From positions 4,667,846-4,731,845 of the forward strand of contig MU056737.1 in NCBI GenBank assembly GCA_013239625.1: a DNA stretch of 64,000 nt, read 5' to 3'. The notes under the pieces are model-generated. The model was not told where the DNA came from and ran no database searches. It saw only the letters and a list, made by a program, of their open reading frames with translations. The position numbers and the translations under genes are program-made. Positions within the stretch are counted from its first letter, which is position 1, and every line of letters begins with the position of its first letter. Source of the stretch: Lama guanicoe (taxonomy: Eukaryota). Below, in pieces: positions 48,779-61,929 of the stretch.

Positions 48779-50985
48779 CTGTTAGGAGAAATTAAGAAGC
48801 AAGAGGTCAGCTTGGAGAGGCAACGTTCTCAAGACACCCGGAGCGCTCCCTCTCTGGACACGTTCCAGGAAGGCCCCGCTCGGACCACTGATCCCATCAG
48901 TGCCGTGGACGAGCCTGGGTGGAAGGCTCCCACCGAGGGGCCAGTGGATGTGTGCCCCCAGCTCTGCCCATAAAACGTCGTCTCAGGAAAGTCACAGCAC
49001 CCTTGGGAAGCCTGGGTGAGAAGCTGTGGGCAGACCTGCTTTGCAGACTGCGAAGTCTGATTTTAGGACGACGTGAAGGTTGTTAACTATAATCACTGGG
49101 AAACAGGTTCTATTAACGAGCATTCCGTGTCCACAGAACGGCTCAGTAGCAGGCAAGACTGAGTGGTGCCTCCGTCCCGTTAGCTCTGGGAGCTGCTTCA
49201 TTTATTCCCTCTTATTCCTGCCCCTACAAGACACATCCTGCGACCATTTAGCTCCGGTGCCATCCTCAGCCTGGCCTGCTCCTGACTTCGGATGAGGAAG
49301 ACTTTCAGAGAACGCGTCACGCTCCGTATCAGCCCAGGCGGGGTGAGCCCTAGAAACAGCCAGCAGTCGGAGCGAGAGCGCAGCTAACTCTGGGGCCCGC
49401 ACCGCAAACCCCCAGACCCCTCCTGGAGAAGAAGCCGTGTCACAGAGCGACTGGCCGTGGCTTACGATTCTGTGGAAATATTCCTCTGGATAAAGTCCCG
49501 TTGTTTTGGAAATGAAAACCAGAAAGAAACGGAATTTTATTGCAAACCTTAAGAATGAAGAGTGCCTTGCAATTGTGATTAACGCAGAATGAGAGAGCAA
49601 GAAAACAGAAATTACTTTCACCCCTTATTGTAAAACGCCCACGTTAGTCCTGGAGACGACACCGCACCTGTTCCAAGGACACACCCCAGGCCCTGCTGCA
49701 GCCGGCCTCCCCTGCCTCTGGGGCCCTCCCACCATCTCCCCTGGACGGAGGAACGCCACTTCCACATGTGGGCAGTCGTGTGGGCACTGAGAGGGGCAGA
49801 CCCCCGGCCCGGGGTCGGAGCAGCAGCACTTTAAGGGGCTCTGAGCTGGGTGGCGGCGCCGAGGGGGCAGGGAGGGGCGGTGGCCCCAAAGTAAACCCTG
49901 GTGGAGGGGAATATTCTGTAAGAGGCAGAGCACAAAGCAATTGATTTTAATGTTCTCTCGCGAACAAAGGAGACACTTGGCTGAATGACAGGCCACTCTG
50001 GGGGGATAACAACGAGTCTTCGGCGGACTGAGGAGCACAGAGCACATAAAGACGGGAATTAAAAATACTCCATTTATTGCCTCAGAGAAGTAACAGACAG
50101 TTCAGGCTCCGAATGAACAAACCAGCCTGGCAACACTTCCGCAGGTCACCCAGTCCAGGGGCAGCGAACGTCCTTCCAAGAAACGGCCAGCTTGGCCACC
50201 GCGGGTCTCGACCCGGCTGTGGGGACAGTACTAAGGAAGAGGGACAGGTCTGGCTGTGTTCCAGCAAAACCTTCTCCACCAAGCAGGGGGGCCCGGGGTG
50301 ACCACAGGCCGTGCCCACTGGCCCACAAGTCCACCCCCACACCAGGCGGCAGGTGCGACGCTGGCCGTTCTGCACCTGAGCACCTCCCGGGTCACCTGTC
50401 TGGGGGGAGAGTCAGTGTCAGCATAGCTTCCAGGTTCCTCTGTCCCCCCACCAACACCTCAACCAGGCCCGGGCAGGTACCTCCCCAGGCCCTCAGCCCT
50501 TTCCCTCCAGAAACCCACCCAACCCCTCCCCTCCGTGAACACAGGACCGTCTCAGAGCTGCCAGGTGCGGGGAGACCTTTCCAGCAAAACCACGTCCTTG
50601 TCCTCACATGTGACCAGGGCAGGCTCGCGCAGCCCCAAGTGGGACGGGGCGAGGGGAGTGGGGGAGGGGGTCTCAGCAGAGGCGGCATTCCCCCCCCGGG
50701 GGGGGGGGGACATGACCTCAGCGCACAGAGAACCACAGAACATAGTGGACGACCGGCTGGGTATCTAAGCCTTTGTTTCTGACATAATTAATTGCAAGTG
50801 TGTGGAATTTAATTTTTCATAATGGCTGCGTTTAATCACTGGTTCAAAACGTTCTTGGAAAAGTGAACATGATCTCTGGGGAGCCAGTCCCAACTGGCTC
50901 CAGCCCTGTCTGGACGGCACTTTGTGACCAAAGTTTAGGTCTTAACCCGCCATGCTTCCTCGATGCTAAGGTGTGCGTGTCCCCA

Positions 50986-51083
50986 GGAGGAGGAATCCGG
51001 GTCGGCGGTAGTGCACGCGCCTAGCGCGCATGAGGTCCTGGGTTCCATCCCAGTACCTCCACTAAATAAACAATAAAACAAAA
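50986..51083 (+). mobile_element. tRNA-derived SINE, Vic-1-like (camelid), with target-site duplication
   Basis: Body ggtagtgcacgcgcctagcgcgcatgaggtcctgggttccatcccagtacctcca (B-box-like GGTTCCATCCC) followed by an A-rich tail. Flanked by tgtgcgtgtcccca (50972-50985) and tgtgtgtttcccca (51084-51097), which are 12/14 identical. Confidence 0.85.
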
Positions 51084-53717
51084 TGTGTGTTTCCCCAAGG
51101 GGCCCCTTGGCCTTTGCGCCCACGCCCTCAGGGGCCATGGCAAAAAAACACGCATCATCGCTTCTACTGGAAAATCTCCCAGGGCACCTTCTGACAAGCT
51201 CCAGAAACTTCTGGAAGGGGCATCCACCTCCATTGTCGCTAGAGTGACAGTGCCCCGTGGGGTTCTTCCGGAGCCCGTCTCCTGCTCCTGGCGGAGAAGT
51301 CTCCGTGGAGACGCGATGGGCTTTCCCAACACACCCGCGAGGCGCCTTGGCGGCCGGGGCCTGCACCGTCTCTGGGACTCACACCGATGCCTCGCGGTTT
51401 TGCGCTCCTTTGTGACCTTCTCAGTTGGGCATCAGGCCCCTTCCAGCAGTGCCTGCTTGCTCTGTATTTAATGTAACTTTTTGTTCCTTGAAATGTCTCG
51501 TTGGTGGGGGTAGCAGACAGACACCCAGTGGTGCCTTTTCTCCAGCGCGTGTACAAGGCACACAACTCCCCCTCAGTACAGCCCTTCTGGGGTTTCTGTT
51601 CACTTGCATTTGTTTGTTGGCACTCACACCGACCCACAAGAGAAACCGGCCCAGCGCTCTTCAGCGTGCTCTGCCGTCCTCAGGACATCCCGGAGCCCTG
51701 CTCAGCGCTGTTTCCACATGCTGTCATTTTGTGTGTTCCCTCGCAGGGTTCCCTACATGGCTGCACGGGTTCCTGCCCCTGCGTCTCTCCCGCGGAACCA
51801 AACCGCCACAGAACGTGATCCGTGTGCTCCTAGACTGTGTCCCTCATACGGACGGCACCTCTAACAGGCGTTCAGACCTGGCTCAGAGGCACCCCCACAC
51901 CTCCGAGCACCCCCCCGCAACACACCTTCTCTCTGGAAACACGTGTTAAGTTCAGCACCACCTCCACCTGGGTGCAAAATTCTCCCATTTTTTTTTCAGG
52001 CTTTGAGGAAGCATTTTGAGGGGGAAAGAAAAGCCTTTCATTGGCCAGATGTTCTGTCTGAGTTACTTCCATGGCCAAACATGGACCCTGAGCTGGTGGG
52101 CGTGAGCCGCCGGCAGGCCAGGACGCAGAGACCCCGGGAGAAGCTGCTTTAATAAAGGCAAGAACAATGCATAAAGCCCACTCTTATCTTCACTGGAGAC
52201 AAAAAGGGTTTCCAAACACAAAAAGAAGTCCTTTAAAATTAAATTCACTAGATGAAGGATATGCAAATTACCTGGAGAAGCAGAACCCTACAATGTTCTC
52301 AACATTCTGCAATAGCCTATTTAATTAGTATTTTAATTTATCAGAATAATTCTTCGCACTTGACAATGTATGCAGCATTCCATATAATTAAGCACGTAGC
52401 GACAGTGGAATAATTTTGCCTCTTTCTTTATCCTCGTGATTTTAACCTGAAAGGATGAGCAGAAGTCCCTTCTGAGACCTAAATTGCGACGGGACGACTT
52501 AATGCTGGGCCGCGCTAGCAAGCCCGAGGGCGGCAAGCAGGGCTGCGGGAGGCGGCAGACGCCAGGGGGGCTGGACGCCTGCAGGAGAGGGCGGGGCGGT
52601 TTCTGGCGAGCCACAAGTCCTGCTCCCGGGGGAACATCCGTACCTGCTTCCACCTTAGGAGAAACGCTGCGCTCGGCCACCTGCTTACACCCAGAGGCGT
52701 CTGTGGAAGCAGACAGGCTGGACGTCTGGGGGCTGCTGGTTAGACCCACCAGCCCTCCTTGCCCTGAGCCGGCCTCACGGAAACCCGCACGGCCACCAGC
52801 AACCTTCCCTTTCCATCACCGGGAAGTGACTCGACCTTTCCTTAGAGATGCCCCACGTGGAACCTGTCCGGCTGAGGTCAGTCCTGGGAGGGAGCAGATT
52901 TGGGAGAAAGTTGACCTCGATGCTCCGGGTGCCCAGCCCCCACAGTGCCCAGGCCATCTCGCCCACACCTCCCCTTTTCTGTGTCAGGGCCAAGGGGGTT
53001 TTCAGAGCCAGGGCCCAGGTGAATAGTGGTCCTTCCAGGACCAGAGGTGAGCCGTTGACACCTGACCTGGAGCTGGGCAGGGGGTCCCTGGGCTGCAGCC
53101 CCACTTAGTCTCAGTCTCACTGAGACTGACCCCTCCACCCCCCCGCCCCGGGGCCAGGCACTTGGGCAGTTGGTCCCGCCGCAGACCCGCTGGGTGAGGG
53201 ACAGGACCACAGCAGGACCGCAGGGGTAGGCGCCTGCTTCTGTGGTCTTCTCCACCGGCCACCAGGACACGCCTGGTGGGGAGGGTCCCCACATCTGGCC
53301 TCCTGTCCTCTGGACAACAGGCTGCTGCCACCTAAGGCCACAAGGGCTTGAGACGGGAGGGGCTGGGGGTCTGAGCCTCAGGAGCGCTGGGCGGGGGTAA
53401 GACACAAGTTAATTAACTTGTCAAGCCTGCTTCTCAGCTGGAAAGCAAAGGATTCCTGGCTCGAGAGGCCCCCTTTCCCAGCAGTGCTGAGCGTCCACCC
53501 CGGCCTATCTTCGCATTTTGGTTTGCGGTCCTGCAGGCTTTCCTGGATGACTGTGGACCTGCGGCAGCCGCACACGGTGGCCCAGGAGCATTCTGCACCC
53601 AGAACAACGTCCACTAGTTACCAGTTCTCCTGGACGTCAGGTTAGACACCGTGTCACGAGTCCTGGTCCTGGCTGGGGGCTGGACGGGTCCTGAGGCTAC
53701 AACTGCTCGTGTTTTAC

Positions 53718-54350
53718 CTTTATAAGAAAACTACAATTTTACTTCTTTTTAAAAAAATAGAATTAAAAGTTTAGTTAACACTTTAAAGATTGTTTGTTTA
53801 TGAATTATATTTTGTCTAATAACTATCGTAGTTCGTTTTGAAAATTTTAAAGAAACATTTGTTTTATAATAGCTTATTTTGAATATTTTAAAGAAAAATA
53901 TTAATTATATTTTGTTTTATAATAGTTCATTTTGAATTTTTAAAATACGACTTTTTGAAGGCATATAATTCTAATTTTCAATTTCATATGTATATTTTTG
54001 ATAAAATTGCTTTCACATTTTATACATTGTATGAAGTTACAGTTGGATCATTTCTGTCTAAATGCAGTTTTATGAAAATCTTTGTTAAACAATATTATTA
54101 ATAATTTTGTAAACCAAAGTGAAGAAAATATATTTACAAATATGTTCATAAATTTATTGTATTTATACACAATAATTTAGGAATTACATATGTCTTTAAC
54201 TCAATGCTCATCCAAACTCCGCTCAGCCAATAAGAGAACCACCAATAATTCAGTCCAACTGTCCTTTATATTCGGCTGATTTTCAGAAACAAAACCCATA
54301 GCTTTATGCATATTTAAACTTTCTTTTCATTATGAAAGTATAGTTTCCAA
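53718..54350. repeat. Very AT-rich low-complexity block with internal degenerate repeats, possibly a DNA-transposon fossil
   Basis: Abrupt switch to AT-rich sequence, with tttgttttataatag(c/t)t(t/c)attttgaat occurring twice plus a third degenerate copy. I could not assign a family. Confidence 0.5.
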
Positions 54351-54519
54351 GTATGAAGGCGGAATGTTAACAGCTCATTCTCCTGCTGTAGACTTTTCAC
54401 TATTACAAACCCGGCAGGGCTTCCTTTCGTGCTCTGCAGGGTCCCCCCTGTGGCCTCAGGCTCCTGCCACGGGAGTCAGGCCTTCAGATCCGAACCTGGG
54501 ACGCGGCCCTGCCAGCCGG

Positions 54520-54885
54520 CCGCTCCTTCCAGCCTGGGCGCTCCTAGGAGTGGGCTCTCCTGCCTCGGGGCCTCTGCACTCGCTACCTGTTTCCCGGGCT
54601 TAGAATGCTCACCCCCAGTGTCTATGGGACTCCCCTCCTCCACGTCTCAGCTGTTAAGTCACTTTATTGCCACCCAGTGTCAGCCCATCTCCCACCCCTC
54701 CCCACCAGCTTCCCTTTTCTGCAGAGCGGTTGTCCCATCCAACACAGTGTGCACTTACTTACCAGTTTTCCTGCCTAGAAGGCGGCTCAACAGAGCAGTT
54801 CTGTCCTATGAGGCAGGCAGCCCCGCGCCTGGGTCAGTGTCAGATCACCGGAGGCTCTCGGTGACTGTCTGTCAAGGGAACGGAG
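54520..54885 (+). mobile_element. L2 3' fragment
   Basis: cctgcctcggggcctctgcactcgct...tagaatgctc...ctcagctgttaagtcac...ctagaaggcggctc...gcgcctgggtcagtg...ggaggctctcggtgactgtctgtc follows the L2a 3' layout. Confidence 0.55.
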
Positions 54886-56179
54886 CCGTGACCCGCAGAG
54901 CGCATGAGGAAACTCAGCTCTTGCGGGAGGTTTCTGCGCCATCCCTCACTGTGACCGTGAGTTACCGTGTCATCACAGCCTCACGTGTGCGGGTCCTTTC
55001 CACACCCGTGGTTGGACTTTCTGAATAAGCATCGAAGCAGAGAAGACGTCTAGGCTGCCTGCTGGACTTGGAGTCCTCACCACCGGAGGCGGCCCTCCGG
55101 GCGCTCGGGCTCAGGACCGTCGGGCGCGTTCTCAGTCCCCCATCCCCACATGGCCGTGCGGGAGCTGCTGTCTGCATGTGGAGCAAACCGTGCAGGATGG
55201 CCTGTCAGGCCCTGGGCTGAGCGTCGCGGCAGGAGGGCACCTGGCGGCTCCTGAGACCGCGGGCAGGGCAGGTCCCCGCAGCGACACCCCTGCGCGGTGA
55301 CAACACAGTCGCCCCACGTTCTTCACTGGACGCTGCGTCATCTGAAGTAGAGTTTGGGTTTTCGCTGTCAGAAAGAATTAAAATAACCCTGGAACGTGGC
55401 TGCTCTCCAGACACCTGTTTACCAAAACCAGAGACACCACGTGAGGCTTTGCTCCAAAGGAGGGGAGGAGAGGGTGGGCGCCCCCGTCCTCTCTGGGGAT
55501 GGGGGGCGGGCAGCACCTCCTCCTGCAGGGAGGCAGGCTCGTCTGCTCCCAGCCAGGGTTCCAGAGGCCCTGAGCGGGGGCGCACCTCGTCGTCCCCCAA
55601 AGAGCCCACGTCACCGTGCAGGCGGGGAGGCCCGGCTGGGAGGGAGGAGCGGGCAGGGCACAGGCCAGCAGGACTCCCGTCAGGAGCGGCTGAGGCAGCC
55701 GGCTTCCTACACGGGTTTCCAGTTTGGGGAGACACCCCCTTAGATATTTAAAACAACGCAACGAGGCTGGTTTCTACGTAGCCCGAGGCTCACTGTGCAG
55801 AGGAAACAGCAGCGCTGCTGTGGTGGGTGAAATACTGCGTATGGCGTCCGTACATGTGAAACTCCGCGATTAGACGTGTGTCGCAGGCTTCTGGGAAGCA
55901 CCTCCCTTGTCGCTCATGATGACTTTCCCTTGACGGTTAGAAATATTTCTTCTGTTAGCTTGTAATTCAAAAGTATCCATACTTTATATTTATGTTTGAA
56001 GATTAGATGTTTCATAAAATATGTGTTGGTTATAAATAGTAAGACAGCACCTATCCAGGTAGCCACTCTCTGAAAAAGACGCGCAGCCTTAACATTCCAT
56101 CCGGCGCTCGGGGCTCCCCCACGGGGCGGATCAACTCCCCTGAGCTCTGGGGCGACGCTTCCCTTTTCTGCAGACCTGT

Positions 56180-59100
56180 CCACATACGTGCACACCGCTC
56201 ACTTTTGCTGGGCCCGAATGTACTGAGATGAGACACTGTCATGCGTGTCCTCCAGCTTGCGGCCCGTGCTGAGCCTCATGTCTCCGAGGCCCGGAATTGG
56301 CTTTGCGTTGGCGGTGACTCATATCTGTTCACTGTCTCTGGCTGCGTTCATGATCTCAGCACATCCTGATCTGTTTCTCCCGCCAACTGTCCAAGCCAGT
56401 GGACCAGGGGCTGCTTCCTCTCCCTCCGCTCCTGATCGGCGTGGGCAGCCGTGGGCATCCCTGCCTGTGGCTCCAGGTGCACGGAGGGGATGTGCCCTGG
56501 TGGCGTTGCTGGGACAGAGCCCCAAACTGCTCATATCAACTCACACTCCTGCCACCCGCTCACAAGCGTTCCTGCTGCTCCAGACCTGCGCCTGTTGTCA
56601 GACACTTGCCGGTTTGGGGGTGTCACACTGCATCTCCCCATACTGTCAACTTGCGTTCCTCTGTTACAAGCCAGGCTGCATACCATGCGTGTGTCCTCGC
56701 CATTCCTGCCTCCTCTCACGTGAACCTTCTGTCACGCCTTTGCCCGTTTTCCTGTTGGGTTGTCTGCCTTCTTCCTGCTCTGTAGGAGGTCTGTAAACAT
56801 TCTGCACACTGAGACCTTGCCAGTTACGTGTGTTACTGTCTTATCCCCATTTGTGACTTGGCTTTTTATGTTTCTTAATGTTAATACAGTCTCATTTATC
56901 ATTTTCTTTAAGGTTTGCGCTTTGGGTATCTGGTTGCAAAACTTCTCTATCCCAAGATAGTAAAGATGTCGTTGTATATTTTCTTCTGAAAGATTTAGGA
57001 TTTGCCCTTCACGTGTACGTCTGACGTCCAGGGGCTGATTCTGTGGAGGAGAGGTTTTCTTCCAAGCAGACGCCTCGTTTTCGCAGCACAATTATGAGAA
57101 GGTCGTCCTTCCCCTGATCTGCGATGCCGACTCCATCAGGAACCAGTTCCACAGGAGGGCCGACTGCTGGGGTCCTGCTGCTGGGGTCCCGCTGTCTCTG
57201 CGAGCCCAGGCCTGCCCCGTCTCCAGCCCCACGCCGGTACCGGCTGCACCCCAGGACGGCAGGCCCCTCTCCCCGCTTCCTGGAGGGGGTGCTCTGGCTG
57301 CTCCAGCCCTTTGCACCAAGACACTTTAGAATCAGCTCATCAAGCTCCCAAATAAACATAAAAAATAAAACACAAAAATAAACAAAGCTGCTGGGGTCTT
57401 TGTTAAAATTTTTTTGACTCAGGAGGTTTGGGGAAATTAACATCTTCAGTCCCAGTCTGTGCGTGTGTAATCTCTCCACACGTTACGGCTTTCTTTCACG
57501 TCTTTCAAACACGTTTCATAGTTTTCTCCATAAAGGTCTTGCATTTGAAAATATTTATTCCTAGTACCTTTTTTTTATTCTAAGGTAAACAATTACCATT
57601 TTTTAAACTATATTTTCTAATTTTTTTCTAAGTATAGAAATACAATTGATTTTTGCACGTGACTTCATACATGGCAAACTTTCTCCGCTATCTGACCAAT
57701 TCTATTAAATTATCTGGTTCTTCCTCTGTGTTTCTGAGTGAGTGAATCGCCTGTCAAAGCAACGTGTTTCTTTCTTCCTTCCTCCACCTTCCTTCTGTTT
57801 CCTGCTTGGCCGGTGCCGCCGTGGCTCCTGCAGCACAACAGGCACACACACCGTCTTGCTGCTGCTCCTACGGGGGCACGTCCAGTGCTTCACCGTGAAG
57901 CATGATGCTTCTGCAGGACTTTATCAGGTTGACAAACTCATCCTGTTTTGCTAAGCATTTTTATTATGAATGAACTTGCTAAGTTTTAGCAAATGCTTTT
58001 ATCTACATCTGCTCGGATGGCCAAATGAGGTTTCTTCTTTAATCTATGAATGTGGTAGGTTATGTTCATCATCTTCCTGATGTGAAAACTTAAACTCTTC
58101 ACGACGTAGTCTTTAAATAAGTTGCCAGCTTCACCTTCTTGTGTTTGGTTCAGCTTGTGCACCTGTGTTTCAGAGGAAATTTGTCCCTAATTTCTCTTCC
58201 TTGCACCGTCATTGCTGAGTTTTGGTAGCAGGGTTCTCCTGACCTCAGAAGGCGAGAAGCCCGGGAGTTTTCTGCAAGACAGGGTTCACCTGAACATGCG
58301 GAGTATCTGCTTATAAAATACGCGGGCCTGGGGTTTTCCTTGTGGGAAGAACGTCAACTACTAATTCAATTTCCTCTTTGGTTACAGGATCATGAAAGTC
58401 TCCTGCTTTGTCATTTTGGTCACGATGTCTGCATGCTGAAGTGAACTCTCACGGCACTGCCGTCCCTCTGCCGACCTCCTCTACGCTAGAGCCCCCGTGT
58501 GCACACCCCACTTGTCATGCCCAGTGCTGTTCCGCCTTCCTCCCTTATCTTGATGTTTATGATAGAGGTTTCTCAATTTTATTAGTTCTTCCCAAGAAGA
58601 AGTATTATTTGCCTGTCTTCCGTTGTGTTTGCTCTCTATCTCGGTCATTTCTGCTTTTATCTTTATTATTTCCTTCCTTCCACTTTATTGGGGTTTATTA
58701 TGTTGTTCTTTTTCTTATTTCTTAAATTTAAAATGTAGTCAATGTTCGAAGTCTTGTTTCCTTTCTAATGTGAACAGTTGAAGCAACAAGCTTCTTTCAA
58801 CGTGCTGTTTTTAAAGCAAACCCTCGGGTATTAAAATATACCTCAGTGTTTCTATTATCCATTATCGCTGAACTGTATTTTTAAAATTTCCGTTTTGATG
58901 TATGCATTCTCCCTCTCTCTCTCTCTCTCTATATATATATGTACATATAAAACTTTTTGTGTCTCATAAACAACATACATATTTTTCCAGTCTGTAAATC
59001 TCTGTTCTGATTGGGACTTCTGTTCATTTACATTTATTGTGATTCCTCACATATTTGAATTCACTTCTAACAGCCTCTGCTGCCTTTATGTTTAAACGTG

Positions 59101-60907
59101 ACACTCCCTGTTTCCACGTTCAGTGGTCTCGCAGAGACCTCTGTGTCCCCAGGGAGCAAACGCTCACGTTAGTGAAGACCAGCTCTGTTCCTAAGCGTCC
59201 AGAGACCCTGAGCACTCCCACCCAGCAGCCTCACCTCCATTCAAACGCTACTGTTTCCACCCCCACTGTCTCAGCACTACCTTGTTTCTGGCCTTGCAAG
59301 GCTTTACTGCACACGGCAGACGCTGTCCCCACATTTGCGGCTCTCTTTGCTCCTTGTTCTTCTGCACCCCAGGTCTTCCTTAGGGGCTTACTTTCTTTTG
59401 CATGTGGTAAATCTTTAGAATTAACTTAAATGAAAATCTCTTGGTGACAAACTCTTTTTTTTTTCCCCTGAAAGTATCTTTATTCAGCCCTTACCTTTAA
59501 GCCGTCAGTTTTGGACAGCACTTTTTCTGGGTACAATTTGAGGTGGACAACAATCTGCCAGTGATGTGACGACGTTGCCCCCCCCCCCATCTTCTGGTTC
59601 GTTTGGCTGCTGAGACATCAGCGGCGACTCAAACTCCCGTGCCTTCCTGGGCAGCTGTCTCTCATCCTTGGCTGACTTCACGGTTCTTGCTTTGCCTTGG
59701 GCGTTCTGCAGTCTCACTGCTGTGAATCCAGATTTGAAACTGTGTTCACGCCAACAGACTTCTTGAATCTGAGGACTGGTGTCGTCCTTCAGTGAGATTC
59801 TGAGAAATTTCAGCTTCTTTACCTTCAGATGTTTTCTCTTGACCACTCGAGGGGGACTGTCTCCGGGAACTTCCACTAAGCGTGTAAGATTTTCTTGCTT
59901 TGTCTTCTAGGCGTACGTACTTTGTTTCTTTTCTTTTCACGTTTTCTATTTCGTTCTCTCTCTAGGCTGCATTCTGGATAATTTATTCAGTTTCATGTTT
60001 TAGTTCACTAATTCTCTCTTCAGCTAGATTTAAACACTCCTGAGTTTAAAATTTCCATTATTATGTCTTTCATTTAATAATTCAATTCTTTTAAAAAGCA
60101 CTTCTGGTCATTGTCAGGCTCTTGGCTGCTGGTTCACATCTCCTCCCCCTCTTCGTTCCTGTAAACAGGTAAGACTCTGGAATTCATGTTCCACGTCTAC
60201 GAGTCTGAGGTTTGCTTCTGTCCCTGCTTTCAGATGACCTTTCACACGCTGCCTTGTTCCACAGCATGTACTGAAACCCCTGTTTCTTGGGATTTTGTCT
60301 GTGGGAGTCCTTTGCGGACAGAGGAAGGAACGAGTCCTTGAGAGGATGTGCATGTCCTTCTTCTAGGCTTCAGGACGCTCTACCAACGCAGGACCAGCTT
60401 AGATTGAGTTGCTTTCTTGGGGCGTGGGGCCACCAGGCGGCGTACAGGTGGACAGCACACTCCTGTGGGGCTCTGTGCCCCGTGCCACCCCACACCCGGT
60501 GACCATGCTGGACACAGGAGCACCCTCCTCAGGGCAAGCAGGGGTCAGCTGGGGCTGCCCTCACCCCTGTGATCTTGAGTGGCCCAGCTGCATGTGGCCG
60601 GCCCTCACCAGCCTCATCATGGTAGTCTGGCCCAGCTGTCCCCTGCCCTCCACAGTCCACGGGGTCATGCATGCAGAAGTTCAAGTTCAGCTTGGTTTGG
60701 AAAATGCCCTCAAGATAAAGGTTAACGTCGGCGTCCCTTACATCCCGGGTTCCTGCTTTTAGTTAGTTTGGGATCTCTAAGAACTTGAATATTGCCAAAT
60801 ACCTAGTATGTTTAAAATTGTCTATTTCTTCATTTTCCAGCATTTTGGTTGTTTTCTGAACGAGGGTCTGTCCCAGTGTCTGGTTCTCTCAGTGATGAAA
60901 TGGAAGG
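56180..60907 (-). mobile_element. Ancient, internally deleted near-full-length L1 (L1ME/L1M5-like): 5' end, ORF1 remnant, ORF2 remnant, 3' UTR; non-coding fossil
   Basis: ORF2 C-terminal-like peptides: LSEENIQRHLYYLGIEKFCNQIPKAQTLKKMI...RMFTDLLQSRKKADNPTGK (56732-57091) and LKMLISPNL...ELDELILKC (57009-57479). ORF1-like peptides: LEDKARKSY and LKDDTSPQIQE...VRLQNAQGKARTVKSAKDERQL (59505-59940). The sequence ttttccagcattttggttgttttc...gaaatggaag near 60830-60907 resembles an old L1 5' end. Many stops and frameshifts. Confidence 0.85.
58913..58940. repeat. Compound (CT)9(AT)5 microsatellite within the L1
   Basis: ctctctctctctctctct followed by atatatatat. Confidence 0.95.
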
Positions 60908-61929
60908 CCAGCCACCCTCCGGGAAGCCCTTGTCCACTCCTGACTGCTCCACACTCTGGAAGGTCAGCTAACTCAGTGGGCTCTGAGCAAAACCGTGTGG
61001 ACTGCTAAATATGAGGTACGGTAGACACTAGATAACATAGCAGTTTTATGTCACGCTGAGCGTAACTGCCGGTAAGCGTGTATAAAAGCGTCAGAGGAGT
61101 GAACGCCTGAGACGGGCCGCAGGAGCACCTGTCTGGACAGGGAGACAGGACTTCAGCACTCCCCACCCCTGACGCCCAGTGCCCCGGCTCTGGACTGGGT
61201 CCCGCCACCCGCCACCCGCACTTCCCTGCAGACTCCGTCTGTCTCCAGCTCCTCGGGGGAGCAATGCTGGCCCTAAGGGCCACACCCCAAGCCATCCCTG
61301 CTCTCAGACCAGCGGTTCTCAGTGCAGCTGTGGGCGGTTCAGCCAGGCGTCTAGGCCATTTTTCGCTTCAGGACTCAGATCACAGAGAAGGTTCAACATG
61401 ACAAACACCCCCTCCTACCACCTTCGTCATGAACAGGGAGGTGAGGGTGGCCCCGAGCAGTCGTTGGGGGCATGAGAGACAACGTGCCAGGCACTGCCAT
61501 GCCGGGTCCCGAGATGGGTCGTGGTACCTCATCAGCAGGGCACTCGCTCGGATCCAAGGACCCCCTCAAAACCAGTGCAAACCCGGGGCTGCCCTCCACC
61601 CACACGTGGCCCTTGCAGCGGGAGCCTGGAGTCCCTGCTTTCACTCCAAGCCCGCGTCTCTCTCTTTACTGCCTTTGCTAAGTGAAGCATCACACACGGT
61701 CCAGGCTCAGGCGCAAGAGTGCGCGCTGGGGAGCCATCCTCTCCATGGAAACTGCGAGTCCTGGGCGGCAGACCCCACACCTCAGGGTCCCAAGACAGGC
61801 TCTCGAGGCCTCGTCTTCCACCTCGGCCGAGCACACAAAGGAGGCGTTCATCTGCCCGGCATCCTGGGCTTCAGGGAGGCACGGCTCTGCTGCACGGTGA
61901 CAATAATGACAGGCCGGTAAAAGCTATGT

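Noticed and set aside
50986-51083. tRNA gene
   Set aside because: Degenerate A-box, A-rich tail and TSD show it is a SINE, not a functional tRNA.
56732-59940. Active L1 or domesticated reverse transcriptase gene
   Set aside because: Only short interrupted ORF1 and ORF2 remnants remain, with no intact RT domain.
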